Of a DNA stretch of 64,000 nucleotides, positions 45,332 to 59,800 are shown piece after piece. The position numbers and the translations under genes were made by a program. Positions within the stretch are counted from its first letter, which is position 1. Every line of letters starts with the position of its first letter. Origin of the DNA: Schmidtea nova (Eukaryota); contig CM097884.1 in NCBI GenBank assembly GCA_044892505.1, positions 7,874,001 to 7,938,000 of the forward strand, given 5' to 3'. Below the pieces are notes generated by a model that searched no databases, was not told the DNA's origin, and was given only the letters and a program-made list of their open reading frames with translations.

Positions 45332-46329
45332 TGTTGAGGATACTTAAATAATATTATTAATAAATTGATAGACTTGGGAGAAAACCGATAAGTGATTGAG
45401 CTAGCATTCTGGAACTTGGAGAAGAAAACGGAAAAGCAAAAAATTGAGAAATGAGGAAAGGGTAACAAAAGAAAAGAAATAAAACAACAAAACAGAGAAA
45501 GTTCACTTATAATTAATAAGTGCAAAAAAACAAAATGGAATTCCAAAATTCGAAAACGAAAACAAAAAAAGACGATAACAACCCCGATATCTTGTCAGCT
45601 GTCAAAGACAACACGGGAACTGGGAAATACATTGGAAAATGCCAGCGACAAAAAGAAAAAAAATCAAATTATAATGAGTGCCAAACAGCTATGGGCAAAA
45701 CGGGAGCTGAAAAAAGGAAACGCCAGCTGCAGTAATGGGAGAAAAAGCAAATCATCACAAGTGCGGAGAATGGCGAACTATAAAAAGAGAGAGACAGCCG
45801 TTTTAGACAGAAGTTTTGTGGAACGAATTTGTAATAGAAGTTTTGTGAAGTTTGTGAGAGAAGTTTTACTGAGAAATTTGTGTAGAAATTTGTGGAGAAG
45901 TTGTGGAGAAGTATTAAGGCGAGAATTTGCAACAGAAGTTTTACGATAAGAAGTTATTAAGAAATTGATCGAGAGAAGTTTATTGAAAAACTGATTATTG
46001 AGAAATTTATTGAAAAGTTGTAATCCGAATTTCAAGTCAAAGCAAAGAAAACAAATAGTTGATTACCCATTTTTAAATCTAAATCAGTAGTTGGTGATCG
46101 ATAGACATAAATTATACACGAGTGATATTCCTCACAATAGTGTTGTAATAACCACTGTATGATTGCCTTGGGTTACTGATGAGTGTGCCAGTGTAATTGT
46201 GAAACCAGTTGTGAGATCAATAAAAATTCATGTTGTAATTGTTATTCTATTGATTTTTAAAGCACGCTTTCGGAGTCAGAAATTTGATTGGTAATTTTTA
46301 AACTTCACCAACAACCCAATAACCCAACA
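45332..46329 (+). mobile_element. LTR preceded by a polypurine tract (3' LTR-like)
   Basis: GGGGGGAGA at 45321-45329, then TGTTGAGG...AACCCAACA. Confidence 0.75.
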
Positions 46330-46877
46330 TCTTTGTCTTATTTATCTTTTTAATCTTTTTTATTTCTTGGCAGAAAGTAGAAAATTTTTGATTTATATTT
46401 AATGACATTTCTTGGAACAAAATTCTCTAATCATTTGCTGATAGGGTAAATATCCACCATAAATAGAAAGGTTATCATCAATCACTGCTTTCCCCATAAT
46501 TTTTCTTTGCAACAACCATTGTTCGTAAACTGTTGCCGGAGTTTCATCGGTATCCGTAAGTCCATATTTCAGCAGCAATTCCTTTATCCTTGATTTTGTG
46601 TCTAAAACTGGCTTATTTGTTAAACCCATCCGATTCGAGGATTCTCCTAAATCTCCGCGACTAATTATCGAATCGTTTGAATCCTCCAATGCGTGAATTT
46701 CTTTAAATTTTGCTATTCNNNNNNNNNNNNNNNNNNNNNNNNNNNNNNNNNNNNNNNNNNNNNNNNNNNNNNNNNNNNNNNNNNNNNNNNNNNNNNNNNN
46801 NNNNNNNNNNNNNNNNNNNNNNNNNNNNNNNNNNNNNNNNNNNNNNNNNNNNNNNNNNNNNNNNNNNNNNNNNNNNN

Positions 46878-47340
46878 ATTTAATCAAATAAACAAAAGAA
46901 CATCATTTTCTAAAATATCTGCTGTTGCGATGGGTATGAATGATGGTGTTCATAGTAATTATAATAAATCTAATGAAATAAATAAAAGTAATTTGAAGGA
47001 TAGCATTGGTTCTGTGTTTCCGTTTCCTGAGGATTTTGTAAATTTTTGTAAATTAATTTTTAAAAATATTAGTAATACTAATGTTAAAATATGTCAAGTC
47101 TTTTAAAGTTTTGGACATTTTCAGTAATCAATATGTAACATATATGCCACATACATTGGAGAGACTGCCTGCCATCTCTGTAAGTTCAAGAACATGTCAA
47201 AAAGAGCAAAAGAATAATATTACTGAGCATAATAAGATATGCAAGAATTGCACTGATATTTACAATTTTAAAATATTTTCTAGGATTTTTAAAACTATTA
47301 TGAACGTGTAAATTAGGGGGCTTTGATGATTAAATAATTT
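46878..47340 (+). pseudogene. Degenerate Penelope-like fragment (RT tail / GIY-YIG region)
   Basis: Homologous to 52690-53180 (GMNDGV, NKSNL, CCACATACATTGGAGAGACTGCC). Confidence 0.7.
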
Positions 47341-47801
47341 AATCTTAATTTTATTAATTAATTTTACTAGTGTTAATAAAAGATTTATTGGATTGTGCAC
47401 ATGTACCAAAATACGTATAAGATCAATTTTTATTTTATTGAATTTGTTTATTGTCTGAATTGTCGAAACATATTGACAAAATATATTTTTGAAAATTATG
47501 CTCTTTTATTTATTATTATTATTATCAAACATATAAAATTTGATATGCATAATTTATTATATTAAATTAAATTTACAAAAACTTTTTTTTTAATGGACAA
47601 CATGACATTTTTATTTCAGCATTATTTGATAATCGACTTTTCTCCATAGAATAATGCCTAATTGGTCAAATGACTTCAAGTATTTCTTTTTACAATTGTT
47701 ATTTCTTTTTAAAAATATTATATTTCTAAAACAAATTAGTAATAATTAGTTATAATAATAATTCTAATAATTCAATTAATTAATAATTCAACATAATTTA
47801 C

Positions 47802-50800
47802 TTTTCTTCTTCTATCGTTCGCTGATCGTCTTCTTTCTTTTTCTTGATTGCGTCGTTTATCTTTTGCTGCCTAGTTTTCTGTTTCAACCATTGATCGAAT
47901 TTTTCAGCTCTAAATTTGTTTTATTCAAATCTATTAATTTTGATATTCACTTGTTTATTTCTTTATTATCTTCAGTTGTTTCATCTTCAGTTGAAGGAGG
48001 AGCAGAACCACGCCTATGCCAGTTACGTTTTGGAGCATTTAATGCTGAACCTAAGAATTCTCCAGGAGGCAAAAGTTTCTGGAAAAATTTCCAATTATAT
48101 ATTGAAATCATTTTTATTACTTCACAGTAAAACTGAGAGGCTGGTCCAGTTTTCCATTTGGGTAAAGAAGAGTCAAACATCTGAAAAGCCATCATTGGCG
48201 GGTTGAGAAATTTAGTTTCCGTATTTTTAGCACGTTGCTGCCAACGAAACATAAACAAATGTCTTTCACAGCTTTTGTGTCCATATTTATTGGCTAGTGT
48301 CATTGGCGTTAACCCGCCGCAGTCTTTTAAGTCAATGTTTGCACCTGTAAAGCCAACTTAATGTGTGCAAATTTTGTTTTATCACAATCACCTTTTAGCA
48401 GTAGCAAATCTATTATTTCGCTTTTATCTTTCGCCGCGGCTAGGTGAAGAGCTGTTCGCCCAAGCTTCGTTGAGTAATTAACTTTTGCTCCTTTACATAA
48501 AACAATTAATTTAATAATTACTTATGTCGTAGTAATGAGAGATAGGTTCTTTTTAAACTGGATAAAATCAGCTAATTTCAATAACATTACAGTTAATACA
48601 ATCTAAACTCATAATTACTTTTTCAAATAAAATTTATTTTTTTAGTTTATTCATAAATTCAATCTGCCTAATTTCAGATTTTTATTTTTATTCTTAACCC
48701 CGTGTGCAATAAACACGAGTCTGACTCGTGTCAACTTAAATTTGATTTGTGAAACAATCACGTGTCTGCTCGTATAATTTTTATGTTTAATTTTATTTTT
48801 TTCACTGTAGTATTTAATAAATAAAATTCTTTATTTTTCTGTTATGAAATTTCTTTGAAATAATCATTTCAGGCACATAAGTTATTAAAATAAGAAAAAC
48901 TACAATTTGTTAAAATATTTTATCTTCATCATCTTTACGAATCCGTGTATTTTTATTCTTTCAGACTTTATATCAAAATTTTTTCTACTTACCACAAATT
49001 TTGAAAATAGCAGTGACGAAAATTTGTATTAAACTGAAAACATTTTGATCTATAGTCTAAAAACTGAAAAAATGAAATCTTTCATACTTATTTATTTTTA
49101 TAAAACAAAAACTGATGAATTTTATTCATTAAAACATAGACAGCCATGTTCGATTGCTTCTTTGCCAATCTTTACCAGCAGCTTGTTTCATTTCATGGCG
49201 CTAAAAATCTCTTTCTTAAAGCCATTAGACTTTTGATATGCAATTTTAATATGTTTGATATTCTCGGATGGAACTATTTTCTAGCTGTTTGTGAATATTG
49301 GCAAAATTGTAAGCTCAAAAACTTGTTTGGTTCAACGTAGGATGTCTAAATCGACATTGAACAAATATTGGGGGCACTTTAGTCATGACAGTTGAAAATG
49401 TTAAGATCATAAAGAAGAGAATAATCTTAACACTATTTCTGACTCCAAATTATAAATGTAAAATAAATATAAATGTGATCATATGTATCTTAAATTAATA
49501 AAGTCGGTTGATCGTGTTTGATCAACTACTTTTCTAATACTTTTATTAAATGATAATTTTACAAATGTATTAAGTGTAAATAATTTAAGAAGAATTGTAC
49601 AAGATCTGAATTAGATTGATCCCTGGTGATTTCTGCTCACAAGAGGCCTATGACTTCTTTGTAACTCCCTCCTCAATAATACACAGAAGGGGAAGTAAGT
49701 AGGGGGAAGTGATGACACGACACCAGTGAGAAGTATGGATAATATTTTTTTTGATATTTTCCCATATATAAATTGTTTAGATTATATTTTGAATATATAA
49801 TTTTTAGAAATTATATTTTTTTATTTTTTGATGAATATTTGTTGCGATTATTTTTTGGTGAATATTTTTTGGCAAATATATTTTGGTGATATTTTTTGGT
49901 GATTATTTTTTTGACCAATTTGTTATACCACTCATTGACTGCTGAATTACCCCATACCCCCAATGCCACTCAACCACCAACCAATCTATTTACTATATTA
50001 CAATACCGTCCCCAAACCACCATTATATATATTATATATATATGTTGGGTATTTGTGATGTTTAGTCGGTGCTGTTAGTCTGACTCCTCGGTGTTCTTTA
50101 AATTTGATTCAATAAAATAACTCAACACAGAAGAATTTATTTGTAACAATCACACTTTTTGACACACTAAGTCTCTTTAAAATTTCACAATAACTTTTAT
50201 CACTGCTTCTCCGACTTCGCGTAGGGATAAGTCTCCCCAAGGAAGATCTCCCTTTCTGGTACGCTGGAATAATAAATTTGGTTTGGAACTTTTCAAATAT
50301 CGCTCTTAACTCCTCACTTGCTGAATTCACTTACTTTTGCTTCGACCATTCTGGCAAACTTTAGTATTTGTCGTTCTCTTTTATACTGCTTCTGATGATT
50401 GGTTTCCCACTTCGCTACAGCTGTCAAATGGTAGTTTCCGATTTGACGTTTTAATTTTCCATCTGTCGGTTACTCTCCGGGTTTCCTCCAAAGTTATTTT
50501 TCTCAGGAATTATTACCTGTCACATTGCTTGTCCGGGTTTCCCACACTCTTCGGGTTCTCCATTGTCTCGGGTTTCCCATTAGTTCGGGCTTTCCATTAG
50601 CCAATTAATTCTTAATTAATATTTTAATTTGTTAATTCTTTTCTTCTGGGAACCCCCATTAATTTTATATGCCAATATCTGAATTCGTCTCATCATTTGG
50701 CATCCTCCCATACCAATTTCCCCCTCTAAATCTTCATTTTTGAATTTTATAAATTTTTAATTAACGTTTGCATTTTATAAATAAGAGAACACCATTTTTT

Positions 50801-53800
50801 TAAATATATTGCAATATATTTCAACAGCTTAGCTGTCATCATCAAACTTTCCACAATCTCAATAAAATAAAAATTGATCTTAATTATACGCTTAATAGTG
50901 ATTACATAATTACATATGCATAATCCAATAAAACTTTTATTTACCCTAATAAAATTAATTAAATACTCTCAAAATGCATGTAGATATTGCATTTTGTATA
51001 TTTATTTTTTGATTAAATGATTTTATCATCAATGCCTCGCAATTCATATGTTCATAATAATTTTTAAAACCCTTAGAAAGTATTTTGAAATTAGAAATAT
51101 CAATGCTCTTCTTGCAAGTCTTATTATGCTGAATAATGTTACTTTTCCGCTCTTTCTGGTATGTTCTTGAACTCGTGTACAGAGATGACGGGCAGTCTCT
51201 CCAATGTATGTGGCATTACACCCATTACAAGTAAAACGATATACGAGATCAGAACACAGACCAAATGGCGTCACAGATTTATTACTGAACATATCCCGAA
51301 CTTTGCAAGACTTAGAAATTATTTTAACATTAGTATTTCCAATATATTTTATAATAGATTTTTTTAAAATTTACAAATCCCTCAGAAAACGGTAAAACTA
51401 TAACAGAACCAATGCAATCATTCAAGTTACTTTTATTTATTTCATTATTATTATTACAATCAACACCATCATTCATTCCCATAACAACATCACCTGTTTC
51501 AATCAAAGGAGCACTATCAGGGGTATTAAATGGATCAACACCAGGAGAAATTTTGTCATCAATCACATTCAACTTATTAATACACTTATCAACAGTTTCA
51601 CTCACCATTCGTTGCAAGAAACATTTTGAATATCCATTATTCTGTAGTAATTTAAGTAATTAATCAATACTATTTATAGATTTACAATAAGTTGACGGCA
51701 ATGTCCAAGAACCATAAACCAATCTCCTTATCATATTTCTTTTATATTTAAAATCACAAAAACTTTCTGGTGATGTATACAAACCAGTATCTGTTGTTTT
51801 CCTATAAATTTCGGTTTCAAAATATTTCTCTTTCTTTTCAATCAACAAATCAAGAAATGATATTTTAGAATTAATTTCTTCTTCAAAAGTAAATTTAATA
51901 TTTTTATGCAAATTATTCATATAATACAAAAAAGGCTCAATATGTTCTTTTTTCTTAAATACAAGAAAAATATCATCAACATAACGTTTATATACTAAGG
52001 GTTTATTCACACTACAATTTATAAATTTATTTTCTAAACTTGACATAAAAATAGATACCAGTGTAGGAGCTAAAGGTGAGCCAATGGCAACACCATTAAT
52101 TTGCTTATACCATTGATTATCAAAGATAAAATGGACATTAGAAGTAGCAAATGTCAAAAGTTTACGAAAAGCAACAACTTCAATAATATTATGAAGTGAA
52201 GTGTTAACACTCCATAAATTGCAGCAAATATCAATCGTTTCTATTAAAGGAACATTTGTAAAAAGGCTAACCACATCAAATGAAACCATAAAGTCATCAT
52301 TCCCACTCTTATTTAAATTTACTATAAAAGAGGCAAACTCAAAGCTATCTTTACATTCATATTCAGTCTTAATCAAGGGTTTCAACAAACTATCTAAAAA
52401 TTTCGCAACCTTATATTGTGAAGTTTGAATCATTGACAATACAGGTCTCATAGGTAAATTATCTAAATATCTTTTGCCGTCAACTTATTGTAAATCTATA
52501 AATAGTATTGATAAATTACTTAAATTACTACAGAATAATGGATATTCAAAATGTTTCTTGCAACGAATGGTGAGTGAAACTGTTGATAAGTGTATTAATA
52601 AGTTGAATGTGATTGATGACAAAATTTCTCTTGGTGTTGATCCATTTAATACCCCTGATAGTGCTCCTTTGATTGAAACAGGTGATGTTGTTATGGGAAT
52701 GAATGATGGTGTTGATTGTAATAATAATAATGAAATAAATAAAAGTAACTTGAATGATTGCATTGGTTCTGTTATAGTTTTACCGTTTTCTGAGGGATTT
52801 GTAAATTTAAAAAAAATCTATTATAAAATATATTGGAAATACTAATGTTAAAATAATTTCTAAGTCTTGCAAAGTTCGGGATATGTTCAGTAATAAATCT
52901 GTGACGCCATTTGGTCTGTGTTCTGATCTCGTATATCGTTTTACTTGTAATGGGTGTAATGCCACATACATTGGAGAGACTGCCCGTCATCTCTGTACAC
53001 GAGTTAAAGAACATGCCAGAAAGAGCGGAAAGAGTAACATTATTGAGCATAATAAGACTTGCAAGAAGAGCATTGATATTTCTAATTTCAAAATACTTTC
53101 TAGGGGTTTTAAAAATTATTATGAACGTGTGAATTGCGAGGCATTGATGATAAAATCATTTAATCCAAAAATAAATATACAAAATGCAATATCTACATGC
53201 ATTTTGAGAGTATTTAATTAATTTTATTAGGGTAAATAAAAGTTTTATTGGATTATGCACATGTAATTATGTAATTACTATTAAGCGTATAATTAAGATC
53301 AATTTTTATTTTATCGAGATTGTGGAAAGCCTGATGATGACAGCTAAGCTGTTGAAATATATTGCAATATATTTAAAAAAAATGGTGTTCTCTTATTTAT
53401 ATGAATAAATTGCCATTTTTATTTAATACTTTGTTTGCATTTTAATTAATTATTTTGCCAAATTTCGTATTTTATCGATTTGCACATAGTTGTTGTGCTT
53501 TTTAATTTTAATTTTTTGTCTTTTTAACAACCCCAACATATATATGAAATCTGTGAAATTGGTTAATGAATGAGCGGAAATAGGAGTATGTGGACAATAC
53601 AGCAGTACGAATGAGAAGTACAGTTAATCTGTCAAAAAATAATCGAAAAAACATATTTACCAAAAAATAAATAATTTCTAAAAATTATATATGTTACAGT
53701 TAAAGCATAAATTGCAGTGAGCGTATACACTAACTAGTTGATGCATGCTTTCACTTGTTGTTTTAGTGAAAGTATTCATTATTTCAAATGATACATACTG

Positions 53801-56800
53801 TATCTAGTGAGTGTATACATCCACTGATTCGCATTAGTGATAGTATTAGTTGAATGATTCTAACCTCAAAATTTTAAAGACTTGTGCTAGTTGTGTCTAC
53901 TGCAAATAGAAATCTTGCGAAATTTACGAAAAAGATTATGAAAATAACACTAATTTATTAATAAATAATAAATAAATTTAATAAAAATTAATAAATAAAT
54001 TGTAAAAATATCTATCATATATAACAATAGATAATAAACAACCCATTGAAATACTTTAACTAATCTACAGTAGAAGGTGTATACACTAACTAGTGGAAGT
54101 ATTCATAAATTTATTTATGTATACTTTCTCTGATTACTTTAGTTAAAGTATACTTTAGCTAGTGGGTGTATACATTGACTAAGTTGATGCTTTAACTGTA
54201 ACATACAAAATATAATCTAAAAAAATTATATATGAAAAAATAAGATCAAAAAAAATATAAATTTCGGGGCTCCACGGATGCGACGAAAGCGGTCAACTGC
54301 TTTGCGATTGACTTAAATTTGAAAATATTGATTAGTATACTTAATACATACATTAAAAAACCCTTTATTTATTTCTTTATTAGCCAACAATCAAATATCA
54401 GGATATTGACGTATCCTCTTTCTTTTATTCGTGAAATCCTTGTTCTGGAATGATTAATCAAAATTCTCTCTTTCCTGTTTGTTCAACTTGTTTCTGCTTT
54501 CTGACAATATTTACTGTTGCTAATTTTGTTGTGCAAATTTTTGCTCAAAAAGTAACGTTGGGATCAAGCTTAGATAAGCATAAAATAAAATAAAAAGCAC
54601 AAAATCTATGTGCAAATCAATTAAAAACACAAAATCAAAAAAGGATAAATAATGTTCTAAAATTAATTAAAAATTTGAAAAAAATAATAATAAAGATTTA
54701 ACGGGGGAAATTGGCATGTATGAATGGCAAATGGGGAGACGAGTACGAATATGATAATAAAATATCAATGGGAGGTCACCAGAAAAAGATATTTAGTACA
54801 CAGAAATTAATTAAAAATTAATGAATAATTTATTAGTCATGAAAAAAAACCCGAGCAACGGGAAACCCGAGCGAAAATCGAATTACCAAAAGCGTGGATC
54901 AAATAAATTGAATTTGAACAAATTCTAATTAACAAAAACTCAATTACGGAAAGTCATAATTGAATTTGAGCTCTAGTTACGAAAACAACCAACTAGTTGA
55001 CAAATTGGTAAACTATAAAAGCGGCAGGGAAAACAGCAAATTGACAGTTTGGTCGAAGAAAATTACCAGTGTTTAAAAAAGTGCAGAAGATGTATGCAGA
55101 AACTTGAAAAGTTGTATTGATTTAGTCGTCGTGAATTTTCAGATTTAAATAAATAAAATTTAGTGTTTTGGGTTTTAGTTATTTTATTAATTGACGGAGC
55201 ACGAGGAGTCAGAAACTAGACAGACTCAAATTAATAAAACAACCGTAATCTATTTCTCCGAGTTAATAGTGTTGCTGTTATATCAATTAATGTCCAATCA
55301 GACACAGCTATTTACTCATCTGACGTTTCCAACAGCCTTTTTCAATATGATTCGACCAATCGGTAAGAAGATGTCGTGATTTTGTAATTGTTCCGTAATT
55401 TTTGTCTGTCTTGTTTAATACTTTCCTCAATGGTCGTATTGCCCTTTTCTAATTTTTGTGAGGGTTTCTATATAAATAAATTTGGTGGATTAATAATAAT
55501 AATAATTATTCATATATTTTGAGTATCAAGGTCTGATGAAATTACTAAAAATAAACCTGATCTATTTATAGCAATTCTTTTATTACTACTTTCTAAATTT
55601 AGTAATTATGAAATCACTAATTATATTTTTGTAAATTATTTTTGGGTGATTTTGAGACTACAAGCTTGGCCTAACAAAAGCATTGCCTATATGGTGAAAA
55701 GGCGACTTGTTCGGCAGATTCTGAAATGGATTCGTGGCATAGAGTTTACTTACGCATCTAATCGAATATTGAACTACCGTCAAATTGGGAGACCACATAT
55801 TATAATGTCCATTGAAGGTGATTAATAAAATCTTATAAATTTATAAAAAACAAATTTTTAACCTGATTTAATCAATTTTGAGCACATTTCTAAATGACCC
55901 CTATGTGATGCAATCAACAAGGCAATATTTGCTCTCTCTTGCAGCCATTGGCGTTTTTCTTTGTCGAATAATATTTCAGAGGATGGAGTGGCAAAATCAG
56001 AATCTTGTGTCACTCCCATAGTTAAAATCTGACAAAATGAATACCCAAAGTTATTAAGTGATTAAATCTATCCATAATAAAGTTCTAATAAAAATATGGA
56101 ATATCATAAGGACGCTAAACACCAAAGTAAGAGAAATTTAGCTAAAATTTCAATAAATCAATTATAACCCAATGATGTTCCATTAATATATACAAAAGTT
56201 GTATTAATATATACAAAAGTTGAATTAATATATACAAAAGTTGAATTAATATATACAAAATTTGAATCAATATATACAAAAAATATCATTAATATATACA
56301 AAATCTATTTAAATTTTGAACAAAGATTCTCATGCACCAACCAAGAAAACACAGAGTAACACTTACCCATGAAATAGTAAATAACATAAAAAGAATGAAC
56401 AATCAACATAAAAGCGCGAAAGAAATTCAACTTTTGTATATATTAATTCAACTTTTGTATATATTAATGAAACCGACTGTAAAATGTTTAATGATACCAC
56501 AATAATAACAATCAAATTTGATAAATTTTCAAACCACCAAATTATTGCTATTATAATAAAATTAAAATCAATTTTACAAATTAAAAAAATCCCATATCTT
56601 TCCCAAAATTTAGGATCTCCTAAAGGATTATATTATTTACAAATTCTTTTAGTGTCGTAGGTGTAAAGGTTCAATTTTTATTTGTTGTTGGCGCACACTG
56701 GTTTCCCTCTCCCTTTTCATTTTTGTTTCACTTTGAATTAAATTATAAAAATTAAAAATTTCAAAATAAATAACAAGACAAAAAAAATTCTATATGCATT

Positions 56801-59800
56801 ATAAAGATTTGAAAAAATTAATAACAGAGATTGAAAGATAATTTTAAAAAAAGTTTATTGAAAATTCGAAATAGAAATTCAAAAATTTTAAAAAGGATCC
56901 TAAAAAGATATTGGATAATCATGGCTCAGGTTGTGAGTCTGTGTGCAGGCTGGTGTGTCTGGTGTGCGCATTTGTTTTTTTAATGTAGTCGCATCTGTGT
57001 GCGCATTTTGTCTTTCGTTCTTGGTCGCGTCTGTGCGTGAGCTTGTTTGTTCTTCTTGGTCGCGTCTGTGTGCGCGGTTCGGTGAACTTGTGAAGGTTCA
57101 ATTGACTTTGATTTTTAGAAGTTATAATAATTGAATTTTTGGATTTGTTTTGTCAAATCAGTTAATTGTTATTATAATATTTTCATATAGTTAATTAGTG
57201 TATCAGGAAGTATTCAATAAAGTCGTTCCAACTTTGTTTAATACTTATCTGGCGCGAAGATTATTAAGCAATACAATATACACTTGATAAAGGCTGAGCC
57301 GAAATATTGTGTACTTGTTTAAAGAATCTTAATATTGTTTTTTAAAAACAAACAGTCATCCGAAAAATAATTGAAGTGATTGAAATTATTTATTTATTAA
57401 ATATTATTTAAATTATATTATCATTTACATCAGTGCTTTTCAAATTTTTAGATCTGGCGAACCGGCGGAAATCTTTACGTGGCGTACTTTTTTCAGTGTA
57501 CTGACGTGGTGATCGATCAAGCCTCGAAGGTGCTAGTGCGAAGCAAGCCTCATATGAAAAATGTTATGAAGTGGAGTCCCAGTTGCCAACAGTTTATAGT
57601 GCATTGAACAAAAAGTTTGTCTCATTTTTTGCTATATATACTCGAACATTTTTCGGAAAAACTTAAACCCCTTACTATTTTTTGTTCATTTCCAATCATC
57701 TTCAAGTCGCAGTAAAATGTTTTAATGATTGCTGTAATAAGAGTTTTTATTTCACCTGCTTTTTAAATAAATACATATTTTTTTCTTTTCTTGGTGCCTT
57801 TTGCGGGCCGACATGCGTCCACGGACCACCACTTTGAAAAGATATGATTTACATGAACATTACCATAAATTTTATTAAATTTCAAAATTATTAAAAATAT
57901 AATAGATAATTTATATGATGTATATACATTATTTTGTGAAAAATTCTGATTTTAGAGGCATTTATATTGATTTAGTGAAAGTTTGGCGGCTTTTAAAAAG
58001 TAAAAATTTAATTGATTTAATTGTAAAAGGGAAAATATTTGATATTGTGGAGAACTTTAAGATCTGTTAATAATTTATAGAATTGTAATAATAAAAAATA
58101 TTAATAATTATTTAAAAAATAAAAGATTGTGTTAACCGAGAGTGTTTAATGTCTAATAATATATTTTTTGAAGATAGTGGATTTTGTTATAATAAAATGA
58201 AACATCAAAGGTTAGATTTTCAAGCAATTTCCCCGTTTACTAATGAGCTGGAACCATTTACAAATGGCGATATTTCTATTACTTATCACTTCTCACATCA
58301 TCCAGTTCATCTAGAGATCCGCAAGAAAAATACTGCGCATTCCAATAATGATAATATTTATAATAATACTTGTCAAAACCCCGAAATGGTGAAATTAAAG
58401 ATAAGATAAGGAAGACATTTAAATTAATAATAAATTAATGAAATCTACTATAAAAAGTATATATAATAATCATGTTTCGGCTGGTAAAAAACGTATCCAG
58501 CAACGTTAGTTCCCTGTTATACCAATAGATAAAAAAATTTGTCATTTTTTAGATCAAATATTAGCTATGGAGGTGAAATAAATTTAATGTTAAAAGCTTC
58601 AGGCATCATTGAACGAAATATCTTCATAAAAATAGAAGTATACTCGACTTTTTAATCTGACCATAAAGAATATGTTTGTTTACATCACCTGTGCGCAACC
58701 TGTGGCCGTGGACGTGTATATTAAAGTATATGTAATGGCGGCCCTGCAGGAGTAGGTTACAGCCCATTTCAACGAAAAATATTTCAACTTGCCTGCTCAT
58801 AATTAAACAAATTTAAAAAGTATTAAAATACTCTCGAGTATTAAATAAAGAAAGATAAGCTATTTTTTCTAAAAAAGGTAATAAAATATTATATAGTATA
58901 AAGTCGATAGTCAAAGTTTTAATCATTAATTTCTTTTTAAATCTATTCTAATTTTGCCCAATAATGTCTCTGAAAAGGAATAGAACATTGGCGGAAGAGA
59001 GGTGGAGCTTCAATTTTAAATGGAAGCTGGAGTTTAAAAAATAATTGAGAACAGTACAAAGAGCAATACAGAAATTTCCGAATCGCCAACAATCACACCA
59101 ACTAATTCATAAACACTAGAATATGAAAAATAATGAGCACGAATGTCAACCTCGTCATTAAATCGAAATACTGATTTGACAATATAAAACCTTATACATT
59201 TAAAACTACCTCGGCCTAAAAAAAGTCTCCAGTCAGGCTGTTATTTACATATTCCAGTTTATAATGAACGCCTGCAGTGCAAATATGAACATCAGTGGGA
59301 ACAAAGGTCACCAAAACCTTCAACATGCTGCATGCGCACATTTACATATGCACGCACGCACGCACTCACACACACATACACACAGAATATGACTACTCAC
59401 ACCAGACACACAACAGTGATAACAGTGAGTCATGTTAATGAAGGATTGTCATTTTCTTAGAATATGGCTACTCGGAGAGAGCTTACATACTTTTAGAAAG
59501 GCATTATTTACGGATATTACCTTTGTGGAAAAATTCAGAGTGAAACTGCTGCATTGACTGTCCATCCCAAAGGAACTATTAACTACTTCCTGAGGAGCAG
59601 ACACGTGTCAACAAGAAACTTTCAGGCTGCCATAAACTTCTGAGCATCCGTACACAACGGCAGCTGAAACGACTTGTGGTGGCTCATCGTCGGTTCCCCC
59701 TGTCCAAATTAATGTCCACATTTAAAACTGGACCTATGCATGCCAGCATGTTTACCATTCGTCTCGCATTATATTTTCATGGTTTCTATGGCAGATACTG

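Larger units (their letters stand above)
50043..53538. mobile_element. Solo LTR (same family as 43097) interrupted by a Penelope element
   Basis: TGTTGGG at 50043, CCCAACA at 53538, TATA flanks; LTR sequence stops at 50775 and resumes near 53433. Confidence 0.82.

Noticed and set aside
40029-46329. Two related LTRs as one provirus
   Set aside because: Left copy is truncated, flanks do not form a TSD, and no gag/pol lies between them.
55660-55790. Candidate ankyrin exon (SPFHHIG)
   Set aside because: Stops in all frames; the in-phase exon at 48392-48490 fits much better.
57500-57610. TDVVIDQAS resembling SF1 helicase motif II inside a MITE
   Set aside because: Single short match, catalytic Glu absent, no other helicase motifs.
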